A stretch of DNA of 64,000 nucleotides, from contig OY969767.1 of assembly GCA_963702895.1 (NCBI GenBank), positions 640,001 to 704,000 of the forward strand, read 5' to 3'. Shown here in pieces: positions 50,071-60,587 of the stretch. Within the stretch, counting starts at the first letter, position 1; every line of letters starts with the position of its first letter. The translations under genes were made by a program, and so were the position numbers. The notes under the pieces are model-generated. The model worked only from the letters and a program-made list of their open reading frames with translations, was not told the origin of the DNA and made no database searches. The stretch is from an uncultured Elusimicrobia bacterium. GTDB taxonomy: Bacteria > Elusimicrobiota > Elusimicrobia > 2-01-FULL-59-12.

Positions 50071-50955
50071 ATGAATAGTGAGCTTCAAAGCGAAATTCGC
50101 TGTGTTCTTGATAGTGATCCGGATTATCCGTCGAGTCTGCGCGACATTCCGGACAAGCCCGATGTTCTTTATGTCCAAGGACGCTGGCCGTTGCCGGAAG
50201 AAGTGATGAAGATCGGGATCGTAGGCGCGCGGCGCGCGACCCCCTATGGCATGGACGCCGCCGCGAGGATCTCTTCGGATTTGTCGCAGCAAGGGGCCCT
50301 GATCATCAGCGGCCTGGCGATGGGAATAGATGCCTGCGCTCATCGGGCGTGCCTCAAAGAAGGAGGGTGGACCGTGGCCGTCTTGGGACATGGGTTCGGG
50401 CACGAGTACCCTCGAGACAATGCGAGGCTTTCGAAGGATCTTGCGGAGAAAGGGACTTTGATTACGGAATTTGATTTCGACGTTCCGCCGCGGCCCCAAC
50501 ATTTCCCGCGCCGTAACCGAATTATCTCGGGCCTTTCCAGAGGGGTCGTCGTGGTTGAGGCCGGGGAGCATTCCGGTGCCCTGATCACCGCGCGCTACGC
50601 GGCGGAACAGGGGAGGGATGTCTTTGTGGTTCCCGGGAGCATTTTCAACTGGCAAAGCAAGGGGTGTCACCGTCTTATTAAGGAAGGGGCAAGGCTTATC
50701 GAATCGGCACAAGATCTACTCGAAGAGTACGGCGCAAAAGCGCCTGGGGTGAGAGCCTCCTCAAAGGAATTGCCCCCGCTGAGCCCCGCCGAGCAAGAGC
50801 TTTTGGGGCATCTCAATTCCGTGCCGCTTTCCGTCGATGAATTGGCCGAGCTGACAGGCCACAGAGTTGATCGGTTGGCGGAAGTCCTGCTATCTTTGGA
50901 GCTCAAAGGATTAATTATGAACATGTCTGGACATCGTTATGCTACGCACAACTAA
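50071..50955 (+). CDS. dprA: DNA-processing protein DprA
   Basis: IVGAR, SGLAMGID, FPRRNRIISG, SGALITA. Confidence 0.95.
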   Translation: MNSELQSEIRCVLDSDPDYPSSLRDIPDKPDVLYVQGRWPLPEEVMKIGIVGARRATPYGMDAAARISSDLSQQGALIISGLAMGIDACAHRACLKEGGWTVAVLGHGFGHEYPRDNARLSKDLAEKGTLITEFDFDVPPRPQHFPRRNRIISGLSRGVVVVEAGEHSGALITARYAAEQGRDVFVVPGSIFNWQSKGCHRLIKEGARLIESAQDLLEEYGAKAPGVRASSKELPPLSPAEQELLGHLNSVPLSVDELAELTGHRVDRLAEVLLSLELKGLIMNMSGHRYATHN

Positions 50956-53224
50956 GAAAAAGGCTGTTCCGAAGCGGGAGTCGCCAGCCCCCAAGCGGAA
51001 GGGCGGGCGTTCGCTCGTCATTGTGGAGTCCCCCACGAAGCAGAAGACGATCGCGAAGTTCCTGGGCAGCGGCTACACCATTATGGCGACACTCGGCCAC
51101 ATTCGCGATCTGCCGTCACGCTCCATCGGCATCGATGAAGCCCATGATTTTGAGCCTCAATATGTGATCCTTCCCAAAGCCAAAAAGGTGATCCCTGGTC
51201 TTAAAGACGCCATCAAAGGAGTGGAACAGGTGTTTCTGGCGACCGACTTCGACCGTGAAGGCGAGGCCATCGCTTGGCACGTCTCCGAGGTGCTCAAGAT
51301 CCCCCGCGACCGGATGTCGCGTATCACGTTCCATGAAATCACTCAGTCGGCTATCCAGGATTCGCTCGCCCATCCGCGCGAGGTGGATATGACGCTCGTG
51401 CAATCCCAGCAGGCGCGCCGGGTCCTCGACAGGATCGTGGGATACAAACTGTCTCCTCTTTTATGGGAAAAGGTGCGCAAGGGGCTTTCCGCCGGTCGCG
51501 TGCAGTCGGTGGCCTTGAGGCTCCTGGTCGAACGAGAGCGCGAGATCAATGCTTTTAAGTCGCAGGATTACTGGAGTATCGAGGCCCATCTCAAGAAAGG
51601 GACCGGCCATCCTTTTCTCGCGAGCCTGGTCGAGATCCATCACGAAAAAATTGAGAGGACCTCCGTTTCGAAGCTTTTCGCGGATGATTACCGAGTCACC
51701 ACGACGACCCTGGCGGAAGAAAAACACGTGAAGACCCTTGTCGACCGATTGAAGACGGCGGCCTACAAGGTCCAGAAAATCATTCGCAAGGAAGCCCGAC
51801 GCGCTCCCGCGCCGCCTTTCATGACGGCGACGCTCCAACAGGACGCTTCGCGGCGTGTTGGATTCTCCGCGGTCAAAACCATGGTGATCGCGCAGCAACT
51901 CTACGAAGGCGTTGATCTTGGCAAAGAGGGGTTTACCGGTCTTATTACCTACATGCGAACGGACTCCATGAACGTCGCGGCCACGGCTCAGGAAGAAGCA
52001 AAAAAGTTTATTAAGGCTCATTACGGCGAAAACTTCCTGCCCGCGCAGGTGAGGGTTTATAAAACGAAAGCCAAAAGCGCGCAGGAAGCTCACGAAGCCA
52101 TCCGGCCCACCTCCGTCACACGGACGCCGGAGCTGGTGAAGCAGTTTCTTTCCAGCGATCAGTTCAAGCTCTATGAGATCATCTGGCGCCGCTTTGTCGC
52201 CAGCCAAATGGCGGATGCCGTTTTTGATACGGTGAGCATTGAAATTGACGCGAAAGTTCAAGGGGATCCTAAGTCTTACCTCTTCCGGGCCAGCGGCCGC
52301 ACCGTGAAGGCCTCAGGCTACTTGAAGGTGTATGAAGACCCCGAAGAGAAAGAAGCCGCCGCCCAAGACCAAGGGCAAAAGCTTCCGGCCCTTCATGAGC
52401 AGGACGCGCTGGATCTGGTCGAGCTCTTGCCCCATGCTCACAAAACAGAGCCGCCGCCCCGGTTCAACGAGGCGAGCCTCATCAAGATGCTCGAGCGGCA
52501 TGGCATTGGACGTCCGTCGACGTACGCCCCGATTCTGCAAACGATCATTGGAAGAGGGTATGTGCGCGACGAGAACCGCCGTTTGCATCCCAGCGATTTG
52601 GGCATCCATGTGACCGAACTGCTCATCGGTCATTTCCCGGAAATTGTGGACTTAAGCTTCACGGCGAAAGTGGAAGACCATCTGGACAACATCGCGCAGG
52701 GCTCAAGCGCATGGGCGAGCGTCATCAAGGAATTCTACACGCCGTTCATGAAGGACCTGGAAAATGCGAAAAACAATATCGTCACAAAACCCTATGAACC
52801 CAAGGAATCCGGTGAGATGTGTTCGAAATGCGGCGCGCCGATGCTCATCCGCGAGAGCCGGTTCGGGAGATACCTGAGCTGCAAGAGCTATCCGGCTTGT
52901 AAGAACAAGGTTTCACTCGATTCCAATGGCAAGAAGATTGTGCCGGAAGTGGTCGACAAAAATTGCGACACCTGCGGCAAGCACTTGGTCAAACGCTTTG
53001 GGCGTCGCGGACCGTTTTTGGCCTGCTCCGGTTACCCGGAGTGCAAGACCACCTACTCCGTCGACAAAGAGGGCCATGTGACCCTGCGTCCTCCTCCTCA
53101 GATGACGGACAAGAAATGTGAAAAGTGCGGCAAGCCGATGCTCCTGCGTGTGGGCAAGCGCGGTCCTTTTCTCACCTGTTCGGGCTTCCCGCGCTGCCGC
53201 AACTTAAAAAAGGCAACCGCCTAA
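50939..53224 (+). CDS. topA: DNA topoisomerase I
   Basis: IVESP, ATDFDREGE, SAGRVQS, ITYMRTDS, AHEAIRPT, Zn ribbons. Confidence 0.98.
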   Translation: MLRTTKKKAVPKRESPAPKRKGGRSLVIVESPTKQKTIAKFLGSGYTIMATLGHIRDLPSRSIGIDEAHDFEPQYVILPKAKKVIPGLKDAIKGVEQVFLATDFDREGEAIAWHVSEVLKIPRDRMSRITFHEITQSAIQDSLAHPREVDMTLVQSQQARRVLDRIVGYKLSPLLWEKVRKGLSAGRVQSVALRLLVEREREINAFKSQDYWSIEAHLKKGTGHPFLASLVEIHHEKIERTSVSKLFADDYRVTTTTLAEEKHVKTLVDRLKTAAYKVQKIIRKEARRAPAPPFMTATLQQDASRRVGFSAVKTMVIAQQLYEGVDLGKEGFTGLITYMRTDSMNVAATAQEEAKKFIKAHYGENFLPAQVRVYKTKAKSAQEAHEAIRPTSVTRTPELVKQFLSSDQFKLYEIIWRRFVASQMADAVFDTVSIEIDAKVQGDPKSYLFRASGRTVKASGYLKVYEDPEEKEAAAQDQGQKLPALHEQDALDLVELLPHAHKTEPPPRFNEASLIKMLERHGIGRPSTYAPILQTIIGRGYVRDENRRLHPSDLGIHVTELLIGHFPEIVDLSFTAKVEDHLDNIAQGSSAWASVIKEFYTPFMKDLENAKNNIVTKPYEPKESGEMCSKCGAPMLIRESRFGRYLSCKSYPACKNKVSLDSNGKKIVPEVVDKNCDTCGKHLVKRFGRRGPFLACSGYPECKTTYSVDKEGHVTLRPPPQMTDKKCEKCGKPMLLRVGKRGPFLTCSGFPRCRNLKKATA

Positions 53225-53364
53225 TCTTGTGCGTCATCCCCCCCGGTCGTAAGGGGGGGATCCATCGTTTCTTCTCAGTACATGATGGACCCCGGCTGAA
53301 GGCATGCCGGGGTGACGGCATAATTTCCTGTAAGGTATTTCCCTGATATTCCATAATAGTCCCC

Positions 53365-54249
53365 TTGGACCAACTGATTCATCGATTCCTCATGTATTTA
53401 CGGGCGGAACGTAACGCCTCTCCTCACACCCTTCGCGCCTATCAGCATGACCTGGCGGCCTACAGCGCGTTCGTGAAGAGCCAATATCCGCGCCTGTCCA
53501 TGGACCACAAGCATCGGCTCGTGGTGCGTGATTATTTGGCCCACCTGCACGATAAAAATCTCAAGCGCGCGACCGTTCACAGGGCCATTGCCGTTCTCCG
53601 GGCTTTCTACAAGTTTCTGCTGCAGGAAGGGGTGAGCTCCCAAACTCCCTTCGCGGGTCTTCCGATGCCAAAGCGCGAACAGCGGCTGCCACGCTTTTTG
53701 GCCGAGGCCGAAATGGCCCGGCTTCTTGAGATGCCGGCCGTTGGCCGGGGGCTTCTTGCGATGCGTGACGCCGCGCTGCTTGAGTTATTGTATTCTTCGG
53801 GTTTGAGGATCCAGGAACTCGCTGGGCTCAACATCGAAGATCTTGACCTCTGGGGCGGGATGGTCCGCGTCTTTGGAAAGGGGGGGAGGGAAAGGATGGT
53901 CCCGGTTGGAGAAACCGCGCAGAAGCGCCTGCATGCCTATATCAGCGCGCGCGCCCCGAAGCGGGAACGTGCCGCGCCGCTTTTCACCAACGCGCGCGGG
54001 GGGAGGCTCTCGGACCGGGGCGCGCGACTGGTCGTCACCCGCTGGGTTGAAAAGGCCTCGATCCAGCAGCGCGTGAGCCCCCATTCTTTTCGCCACTCCT
54101 TTGCCACACACCTCTTGAACAGGGGATGTGACCTGAAGGCGGTTCAGGACATGCTGGGACACAGGAATCTGGCCACCACCCAGATTTATACCCATGTGTC
54201 CGCGGAACACCTCAAAAAAGTGTACGAAAGGGCCCATCCCAGAGCTTGA
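53365..54249 (+). CDS. xerC: Tyrosine recombinase XerC-like
   Basis: YSSGLR, GKG, PHSFRHSFATHLL, LGH...TTQIYTH, in dprA-topA-xerC synteny. Confidence 0.85.
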   Translation: MDQLIHRFLMYLRAERNASPHTLRAYQHDLAAYSAFVKSQYPRLSMDHKHRLVVRDYLAHLHDKNLKRATVHRAIAVLRAFYKFLLQEGVSSQTPFAGLPMPKREQRLPRFLAEAEMARLLEMPAVGRGLLAMRDAALLELLYSSGLRIQELAGLNIEDLDLWGGMVRVFGKGGRERMVPVGETAQKRLHAYISARAPKRERAAPLFTNARGGRLSDRGARLVVTRWVEKASIQQRVSPHSFRHSFATHLLNRGCDLKAVQDMLGHRNLATTQIYTHVSAEHLKKVYERAHPRA

Positions 54250-54437
54250 TGAGCGCAGGTCTCGGCACTCCCCTTCTCCCGGCGCAGGCGACGGGAGAAG
54301 GTTGGGATGAGGGCACGGCCTTGCCCTCACCCAGTCGCCAGACATCTGGCGACCGCCCTCTCCCACCCATGGCGGGAGAGGGTTTTCAAGCGCGAAAAAC
54401 GCCCGATTTAACAGAAGTAACGAAATGCTAAAAAGCA

Positions 54438-54466
54438 TTGACAATACAATCCGTCGCCGCTAGACT
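54438..54466 (+). promoter_or_regulatory. sigma70-type promoter
   Basis: TTGACA-N17-TAGACT, 22 nt before ATG 54489. Confidence 0.75.
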
Positions 54467-54488
54467 TGCTCTAGCCAAGGGGGGCATT

Positions 54489-55181
54489 ATGAAAACACGC
54501 ATACTATTGGTCGAAGACGATCCAGCGCTCCGAAAACTCCTCAAGGAAGCCCTTCCGGAGAGCATTTTTATTATTGATATCGCGGAAACGGGCCGGGAAG
54601 GCCTGGACATGATCGTCAAACGTAAACCCGATCTCATTCTCCTCGACTGGAACCTTCCCGACTTGAACGGATTCGAGGTCTGCAAGTACATCAAGCAAAA
54701 CAAGGACTGCGCGCACATTCCCATCATCATGGTGACGGCCTATTCGGAGCTCAATCGCAAGGTGTCGGCGCTCGATGTCGGGGCAGACGACTATATCACC
54801 AAGCCGTTTGAGATCGAGGAGCTCATCGCCCGCGTCAAAGCGGTTCTGCGCCGCCGGCAGGGCGGCGCGCCCGAGGAAGCCATTACGAAAGAAAATGTGA
54901 TGATCAACCTCACGACCTATACGGTGGAGGTCGACAAGAAGCCGGTCATCCTCACGGCCAAAGAATTTGACCTTCTGTATGTGCTCATGAAAAACGCGGG
55001 GAGGATCCTCACCCGGGAATTTCTCCTCGAGCGCATCTGGGGCTACGCGGTGGACGTGTCCACGCGTACCGTCGACGTCCATATCCGGCGCCTGCGCAAG
55101 AAGTTGGGGACCAAACATGAGGACCTGATTCAAACCTATCGCGGTGTCGGGTATAAGTTCAAGGATGATGCTCGACGGTAG
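54489..55181 (+). CDS. OmpR/PhoB-family response regulator
   Basis: VEDD, LLD, GADDYITKPF, LTAKEFDLL, RTVDVHIRRLRKKL, RGVGY. Confidence 0.95.
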   Translation: MKTRILLVEDDPALRKLLKEALPESIFIIDIAETGREGLDMIVKRKPDLILLDWNLPDLNGFEVCKYIKQNKDCAHIPIIMVTAYSELNRKVSALDVGADDYITKPFEIEELIARVKAVLRRRQGGAPEEAITKENVMINLTTYTVEVDKKPVILTAKEFDLLYVLMKNAGRILTREFLLERIWGYAVDVSTRTVDVHIRRLRKKLGTKHEDLIQTYRGVGYKFKDDARR

Positions 55182-55192
55182 GCCATGATCCG

Positions 55193-56131
55193 ATGGAGCG
55201 ATCGCCTCATGCCGTTATCCTGGTCGCCGATGATGAAGAGGCCGTCGCGACCCTCCTCAAAGATGCTCTGGAAAGCCTCCACTATGAAGTGCGCGTCGCC
55301 TATAACGGTGAAGAGGCCATGCGACAGATCCGGTCCAGCCCGCCTGACCTTCTCCTCCTCGATATTATGATGCCTGGAATGAGCGGCTACGATGTTTGCA
55401 GACAGGTGAAATCCGATGTGTTCTTGCGCCATATCCCGGTGATGCTTCTGACCGCCAAGGTGGGCACGAGCAGCAAAGTCACCGGCCTTGAGCAGGGCGC
55501 CGATGACTATCTGACCAAGCCCTTCGAGATGGCCGAGCTCTTGGCCCGGATCCGAACGCTTCTGCGCCGGACACGCCTGGGGCTTGAGGCGAACCCCCTC
55601 TCGCGCCTGCCCGGCAATGTGACCATCGAAAATGAGATCGTCAAGCGCATTGAGAGCCAAACGCCCTTTGCCGTCCTCTACATCGATTTAAACGATTTTA
55701 AGGCCTACAACGACATCTACGGCTTCGTGAAGGGGGATGAGGTGATCCGCGCGACCTCCAGGATCGTGCTCACCCAGTCCCTTTCGGCAGAGGGCTTTGT
55801 GGGCCATATCGGAGGGGATGATTTCATCGTGGTCGCGCGACCAGACCAGGCCGAAAGCCTGGCCAAGGGCATGATCAAGGCCTTTGACGCGAAGTCCCCG
55901 GATTTCTACACCCCTGAAGACCGCGCAAGAGGCTATATTGAGACCAAAGACCGCCGGGGCGAGTTGACGCGTTTCCCGCTCTTGTCGATCGCCATCGGCG
56001 TGGCCACGACCCAGGTCCGCCCCTTAACCTCCCTGGGTGAGGTCTCCAAGATCGGCACGGAACTGAAGCGTTTCGCGAAAGAGCGCAAACACCATGGATC
56101 GTTTTATGCGATTGATCGAAGAAAAATATAA
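55193..56131 (+). CDS. REC-GGDEF protein (GGDDF variant)
   Basis: Receiver domain plus NPLSRLPGN, FKAYND.YG..GD, HIGGDDF. Confidence 0.9.
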   Translation: MERSPHAVILVADDEEAVATLLKDALESLHYEVRVAYNGEEAMRQIRSSPPDLLLLDIMMPGMSGYDVCRQVKSDVFLRHIPVMLLTAKVGTSSKVTGLEQGADDYLTKPFEMAELLARIRTLLRRTRLGLEANPLSRLPGNVTIENEIVKRIESQTPFAVLYIDLNDFKAYNDIYGFVKGDEVIRATSRIVLTQSLSAEGFVGHIGGDDFIVVARPDQAESLAKGMIKAFDAKSPDFYTPEDRARGYIETKDRRGELTRFPLLSIAIGVATTQVRPLTSLGEVSKIGTELKRFAKERKHHGSFYAIDRRKI

Positions 56132-56331
56132 ACGCTTAGAGTTGTCATCCCGGCGTGTTGTAAGCCGGCCCTCCACACATCCGGCGGGCCGGGTCGCCGG
56201 GCGTGTGGAGACCCGGGATCCATCATGTATTTTGACGTCGATGATGGACCCCGTCCGCCACACGGCAGGGCGGACGGCCCGCCGGATGTGTGGAGGGCCG
56301 GATTACGGATCTCCGGGGTGACGTCCTTTTT

Positions 56332-57018
56332 ATGAAATATAAGATTCTTGTCGTCGAAGATAGTAAGACTGACGCGGAAGCCCTGGCCACGGCCTGTCAA
56401 CTGGGTGGGTTTCAGACGTCCCTGGCGGATTCGGGAGAAAAGGCCCTGGAAATGGTCTGGACCTGGAAGCCGGACATGCTCCTCTTGGACCTATCCCTTC
56501 CCGGGATTAATGGCAAGGAAGTTTGCCGTATTCTTCGCGAGGATGACCGGGGGAAAGCCATCCCGCTCATCATGGTCTCCGTCGCCAAGGAACGGGGAGA
56601 TATCCTCGCGGGTTTTGCGGCCGGCACGGATGACTATCTGACCAAGCCCGTCGAGCCCCAAGAGCTCGTCGCCCGCATGAACGCGGTCCTGCGCCGCTAC
56701 CACAAGAAGAATGGCGAAGGAGAGATCCTCAAAGTCGGCAAGGTGATGCTCGACCTCTCCAAGCACCGCGTGGAGGTGGGAGGGGAGCTCGTGAAGCTCA
56801 CCGGCAAGGAATTCGGGCTTCTCGAAGTCATGATGAAAAAGTCCGGCCGCGTGCTCTCCCGACAATTTCTGCTGGAATACGTTTGGGGTTATGAAGAAGA
56901 AGTGCTCACCCGCACCATCGACATGCACATCGCCCGGCTTCGCCAGAAGCTCGGTGACGAAGGCCGGGAGCGCATCCAGACGGTGGAACGCTTCGGCTAC
57001 CGCTTCTCCGACGAATAA
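56332..57018 (+). CDS. OmpR/PhoB-family response regulator
   Basis: VEDS, LLD, DDYLTKP, RTIDMHIARLRQKL. Confidence 0.93.
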   Translation: MKYKILVVEDSKTDAEALATACQLGGFQTSLADSGEKALEMVWTWKPDMLLLDLSLPGINGKEVCRILREDDRGKAIPLIMVSVAKERGDILAGFAAGTDDYLTKPVEPQELVARMNAVLRRYHKKNGEGEILKVGKVMLDLSKHRVEVGGELVKLTGKEFGLLEVMMKKSGRVLSRQFLLEYVWGYEEEVLTRTIDMHIARLRQKLGDEGRERIQTVERFGYRFSDE

Positions 57019-57751
57019 TCTCCAAAGCACACATGCCTTCTCTCGCGGACTTCTTTGCGGAAGGGAGGCTGGTTTCATCCGTGCGCGAGGAGATTCCTGG
57101 CGCCGTCTCGGTTGGGCGTACCCCCCATCCCCCGTCTCCGACGGGGAGTGAGGACGCCCAACCTTCGACGGCCTGCCGAATCTCACGCGCATCTCCAGAA
57201 ACCAGCCTCCCTTCCGCAGGCATTGAAGTGACCGTTTCCGTTGGGATACTCAGCGCTAACCGGAACCTTTCTGTTCAAGTCCCCGCCATTGCTCCATTGG
57301 CGGGTGCGTCTTATAGGCCGGTCGTCGCATGCTTTTGCTGTTCAAAGAGGAAATTGGGGCCGGCAAGCCGTCGGACACTCCTTATCACAAATGCTGCAAT
57401 CATTGAAAAGACTTGATGTGCAGATGACCCAGACCTCCATTGAGGCATGTGCTGAACCGAAGAGCTTGGTCAGATGAGCATGCTCGCTCTTCACGCACAT
57501 GTTGATCGATGTGTCGTCAACCCATGTCGTAGGAAATGCTTCAAACAAGAGCTGTTTCTTGCACAACAGCTATGGAAAGCTGGCCCTGGTCTCCAGAGTC
57601 GTGCGTGGGATTGGACAAGCCGTCGAAGGTTGGGCGTCCTCACTCCCCGTCGGAGACGGGGGATGGGGGGTACGCCCAACCGAGACGGCGGCAACAATCC
57701 CCTCGCACGACTCTGGAGACCAGGGCCAGATCCCGTCGATCTTTCCGATCT

Positions 57752-57816
57752 GTAACCTTCCTTTTACAATCTTTTTACACCGCCGTAACACCCATGTGAC
57801 AGCATACCGCTATACT
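57752..57816 (+). promoter_or_regulatory. Five hexamers at exact 11-bp period plus -10 TATACT (OmpR/PhoB-type boxes)
   Basis: GTAACC 57752, TTTACA 57763, TTTACA 57774, GTAACA 57785, GTGACA 57796, TATACT 57811. Confidence 0.7.
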
Positions 57817-57836
57817 CTTCTCAGGAGGACAACCTT

Positions 57837-58223
57837 ATGGAACGCCGACTCTTAATGATTGACGACGACATCGCGCTGGGCAAGCTCGTGCAGGAGTTCT
57901 TGACCGGCGAAGGCTGGAGCTGCTATTGGGTCGATAACGGCGAAGAAGGCTATCAAGAAGCCCTGGCGCTTAAGCCCGATGTGATCCTCCTCGATCTGAA
58001 TTTGCCGGGCGTCGGCGGCATGGAGCTTTGTCACCGGATGAAGGGCGACCCACGCCTTTCGCATATTCCGATTGTGATTTTAACAGGGGCCTACAAGGAA
58101 GTGCGCGACCGGGTGAGGGGCCTCGAGCGCGGCGCGGACGACTATATCCTAAAGCCGTTTGATTTGGACATTCTTCTGGCGCGGCTCAACAGCATCTCGC
58201 GGGTCAAAGGCAAAGTCGCCTAG
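57837..58223 (+). CDS. Single-domain response regulator (receiver only)
   Basis: IDDD, LLDLNLP, GADDYILKPF; no output domain. Confidence 0.9.
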   Translation: MERRLLMIDDDIALGKLVQEFLTGEGWSCYWVDNGEEGYQEALALKPDVILLDLNLPGVGGMELCHRMKGDPRLSHIPIVILTGAYKEVRDRVRGLERGADDYILKPFDLDILLARLNSISRVKGKVA

Positions 58224-58288
58224 CACGTCATTCCGGCGAAAGACGGAATCCAGAACTGGACCCCGACTTTCGTCGGGGTGACCAAATA

Positions 58289-58325
58289 AAAAGGGACAGT
58301 CCTAAGGACTGTCCCCTTCTGTTTC
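58289..58325. terminator. Probable bidirectional terminator
   Basis: AAAAA-GGGACAGTCC-TAA-GGACTGTCCC-CTTCTGTTT between convergent genes. Confidence 0.65.
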
Positions 58326-58364
58326 TTCGTCTAAAAAATAGGCCTTGGTGAACGGCTGCGCTGA

Positions 58365-60587
58365 CTACCGCCGAGGCTCCTGATCACCATACTGCGCGCC
58401 AGCCCCTCGACGTGCCGCCGCCGCGGCCCCACGAGCGCTCGTGCTTCCCCCTGCGGCGGTGTTCGCCATCGCGTTCTGTCGAGCGAGGGCTTCGTTGGCT
58501 TCATCGGTCGGCACGACGGCGCCATTTGCGTTTTTCTTGAACATCTTGACGCGGCCTTCCCCTGGCGCCACCCTTCTTAGCATATAGCCGTCATAATCGA
58601 CGGTTTCCATGTTGACATGGTATCGAGCGGCTTCACCAGGTGCCGTAATATCTTTAGAGACCCAGGTGACTTTCATGCCCGAGACGCCATCGTTTCCAGA
58701 TTCTTGGTAAAAGGTTTTGCCCATGAGACCCTCAGGGTTGGATGGCAGGCGACGGGACGGGTCAATCGCGGCTTGGAAAGAGTCTCGTGCGCCTGGCAGT
58801 TGCGTGACGGTTATGGGAATGGACTGGCTCACGGGACCAGTGACAGACAGGTCAATGCCGAGCCCCATGAGGGCCGCCCCCGCGACGATTGGAATGGCAT
58901 TCTTGCCAAGAGCTGTATACCACGGCCCGGTGTTGGGCATCTTCGTGACATCGCCCTTGGTGGCATCTTCTGGATTGTCTTTTTTCCTGTTCAGCCATCC
59001 AGCGATTAAGCTGACAAGAACAATCGCAGCTAAAGCTATCCATCCTAAAACGGGTATTCCTCCGAAAACCATGGCCATACTGCCGATCATGCTGAGGGCC
59101 GACATGGCGAGAGAGGCGAACCCGCTCCACGAGAAGCCATTCTGTCCCATGGCAAACCCCGAAGCAAATGTGCCTATGGCACTCGCAACAATCCCGATGA
59201 CACCGAGCGTTTTGCCGAGTGTTGTCAGGGAGCTCCAACCTTTTGCCGCAGCATCTGCCACATGGGTTAAAGAATTCGGAAGCATGTTCAAGGCAGCGGT
59301 ACTGGCTGCACCTATCGCGCCAGCAATGGCGCCTATCTTGCCCATTGTGCTGCCAGTTACCCCACTGGTATCGTTATCGCTGTCGTCCTGATCGTTGATA
59401 TCGTCTACGTCCGTATCGTCTGTCGTATCAGTGGTCGTGTCATCCGTCGTGTCATCCGCAGTGTTGTCATCCGTCGTGTCATCTCCGTCGTCCGGCACCG
59501 GTGGTGTGTTTCCAATCGGTGTGTTGGGGTCGGTGAGATCAGGCGGTTTATTTTCAATCACTGTGTTGGGGTCGTCTATTGACGTGTTGGGGTCAGCAAT
59601 ATTTTGGATGGGATTGACGGAGTCGTCATCCGAAACGGTGGGCGAAGGGGGGCGGGCGCCGCCATCGGCCAGCGTGGCCGTGGCAAATTGCCGGCCCGTG
59701 GCTGTGCCTGAAAAGGAGTTGTTGGTGGCGGTACCAGCACTTGTTGTGTTGGTGCTCCCCGAACCCTGGCCCCCCGTTGTAGACCCCGTACCGTTGGTCA
59801 CGTTGCTCCCCGAACTCTGGCCCCCCGTTGTAGACCCCGTACCATGGACCAGATCTAGGTTTTCAACAGGCAGGTTGAGGAAGCCAGGCCCATCGATTTT
59901 TCCTACCACTTTCGTGCCGTTGTAGATGGTGTAGGTTTTAAAGTCGATGCTATAGCCCTGCGGGAGAGACAGCACGTTCCCCTGGGTATCACGGATCACG
60001 ATGCCGCTTCCGTCGCGCGTGATGGCCAAGTCGATGGGTTGATCCTCCCCTACCAGCTTCAATTGGGCGTTGGGCTTCAGAATGCTCGAGGGGTCCTTCG
60101 GGATTCCGGCAGATTCGGCCGGCAGGCGGAAGAAGCCGGGGCCCTGGATCTGCCCGGCGACTTTGTTGTTGAAGTAAATCGTGTTCGTTTGTAAGTCGAC
60201 GGTGTAGCCGCTCGGCAGGGAAAGGGGCTGACCCTGGGCATCGCGGACGACGATGCCGCTTCCTTCGCGCGTGATGGCAACATCCTTCGTACTCCCCAGA
60301 AGCGTGAGCTTGGCGTTAGTTCCCAATAAGGGGCTGTCGGGATTCAATACTTGTTCCGACGGCAGGTCCAGAAAGTTGGGGGCCTTCAGTTGCCCGGCCG
60401 GTTTTCCCAAGTAATAAAGGGTGCCGGTTTCGAAATTGATGCCGGTCCCTTCAGGCAGAGAGACGAGCTGGCCAGAGTCGTCCCGAAGGATAATGCCGCT
60501 GCCGCTCCGGGTGACGCGGACGTTGAGCTTGTCATCGAAGAGAGAAAGGTCACCGTTTGTCACGATGGTGGGGGCTGTTGTGCTCAT
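58365..60587 (-). CDS. Uncharacterised 740-aa protein: three 80-aa repeats, acidic linker, hydrophobic helices, conserved C-terminal domain
   Basis: Long ORF whose C-terminal part is paralogous to 60584-62806. Confidence 0.85.
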   Translation of the reverse strand: MSTTAPTIVTNGDLSLFDDKLNVRVTRSGSGIILRDDSGQLVSLPEGTGINFETGTLYYLGKPAGQLKAPNFLDLPSEQVLNPDSPLLGTNAKLTLLGSTKDVAITREGSGIVVRDAQGQPLSLPSGYTVDLQTNTIYFNNKVAGQIQGPGFFRLPAESAGIPKDPSSILKPNAQLKLVGEDQPIDLAITRDGSGIVIRDTQGNVLSLPQGYSIDFKTYTIYNGTKVVGKIDGPGFLNLPVENLDLVHGTGSTTGGQSSGSNVTNGTGSTTGGQGSGSTNTTSAGTATNNSFSGTATGRQFATATLADGGARPPSPTVSDDDSVNPIQNIADPNTSIDDPNTVIENKPPDLTDPNTPIGNTPPVPDDGDDTTDDNTADDTTDDTTTDTTDDTDVDDINDQDDSDNDTSGVTGSTMGKIGAIAGAIGAASTAALNMLPNSLTHVADAAAKGWSSLTTLGKTLGVIGIVASAIGTFASGFAMGQNGFSWSGFASLAMSALSMIGSMAMVFGGIPVLGWIALAAIVLVSLIAGWLNRKKDNPEDATKGDVTKMPNTGPWYTALGKNAIPIVAGAALMGLGIDLSVTGPVSQSIPITVTQLPGARDSFQAAIDPSRRLPSNPEGLMGKTFYQESGNDGVSGMKVTWVSKDITAPGEAARYHVNMETVDYDGYMLRRVAPGEGRVKMFKKNANGAVVPTDEANEALARQNAMANTAAGGSTSARGAAAAARRGAGAQYGDQEPRR

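Noticed and set aside
53365..54249. Prophage or island integrase
   Set aside because: Size, motifs and dprA-topA-xerC synteny fit chromosomal XerC; no phage genes or att repeats were seen.
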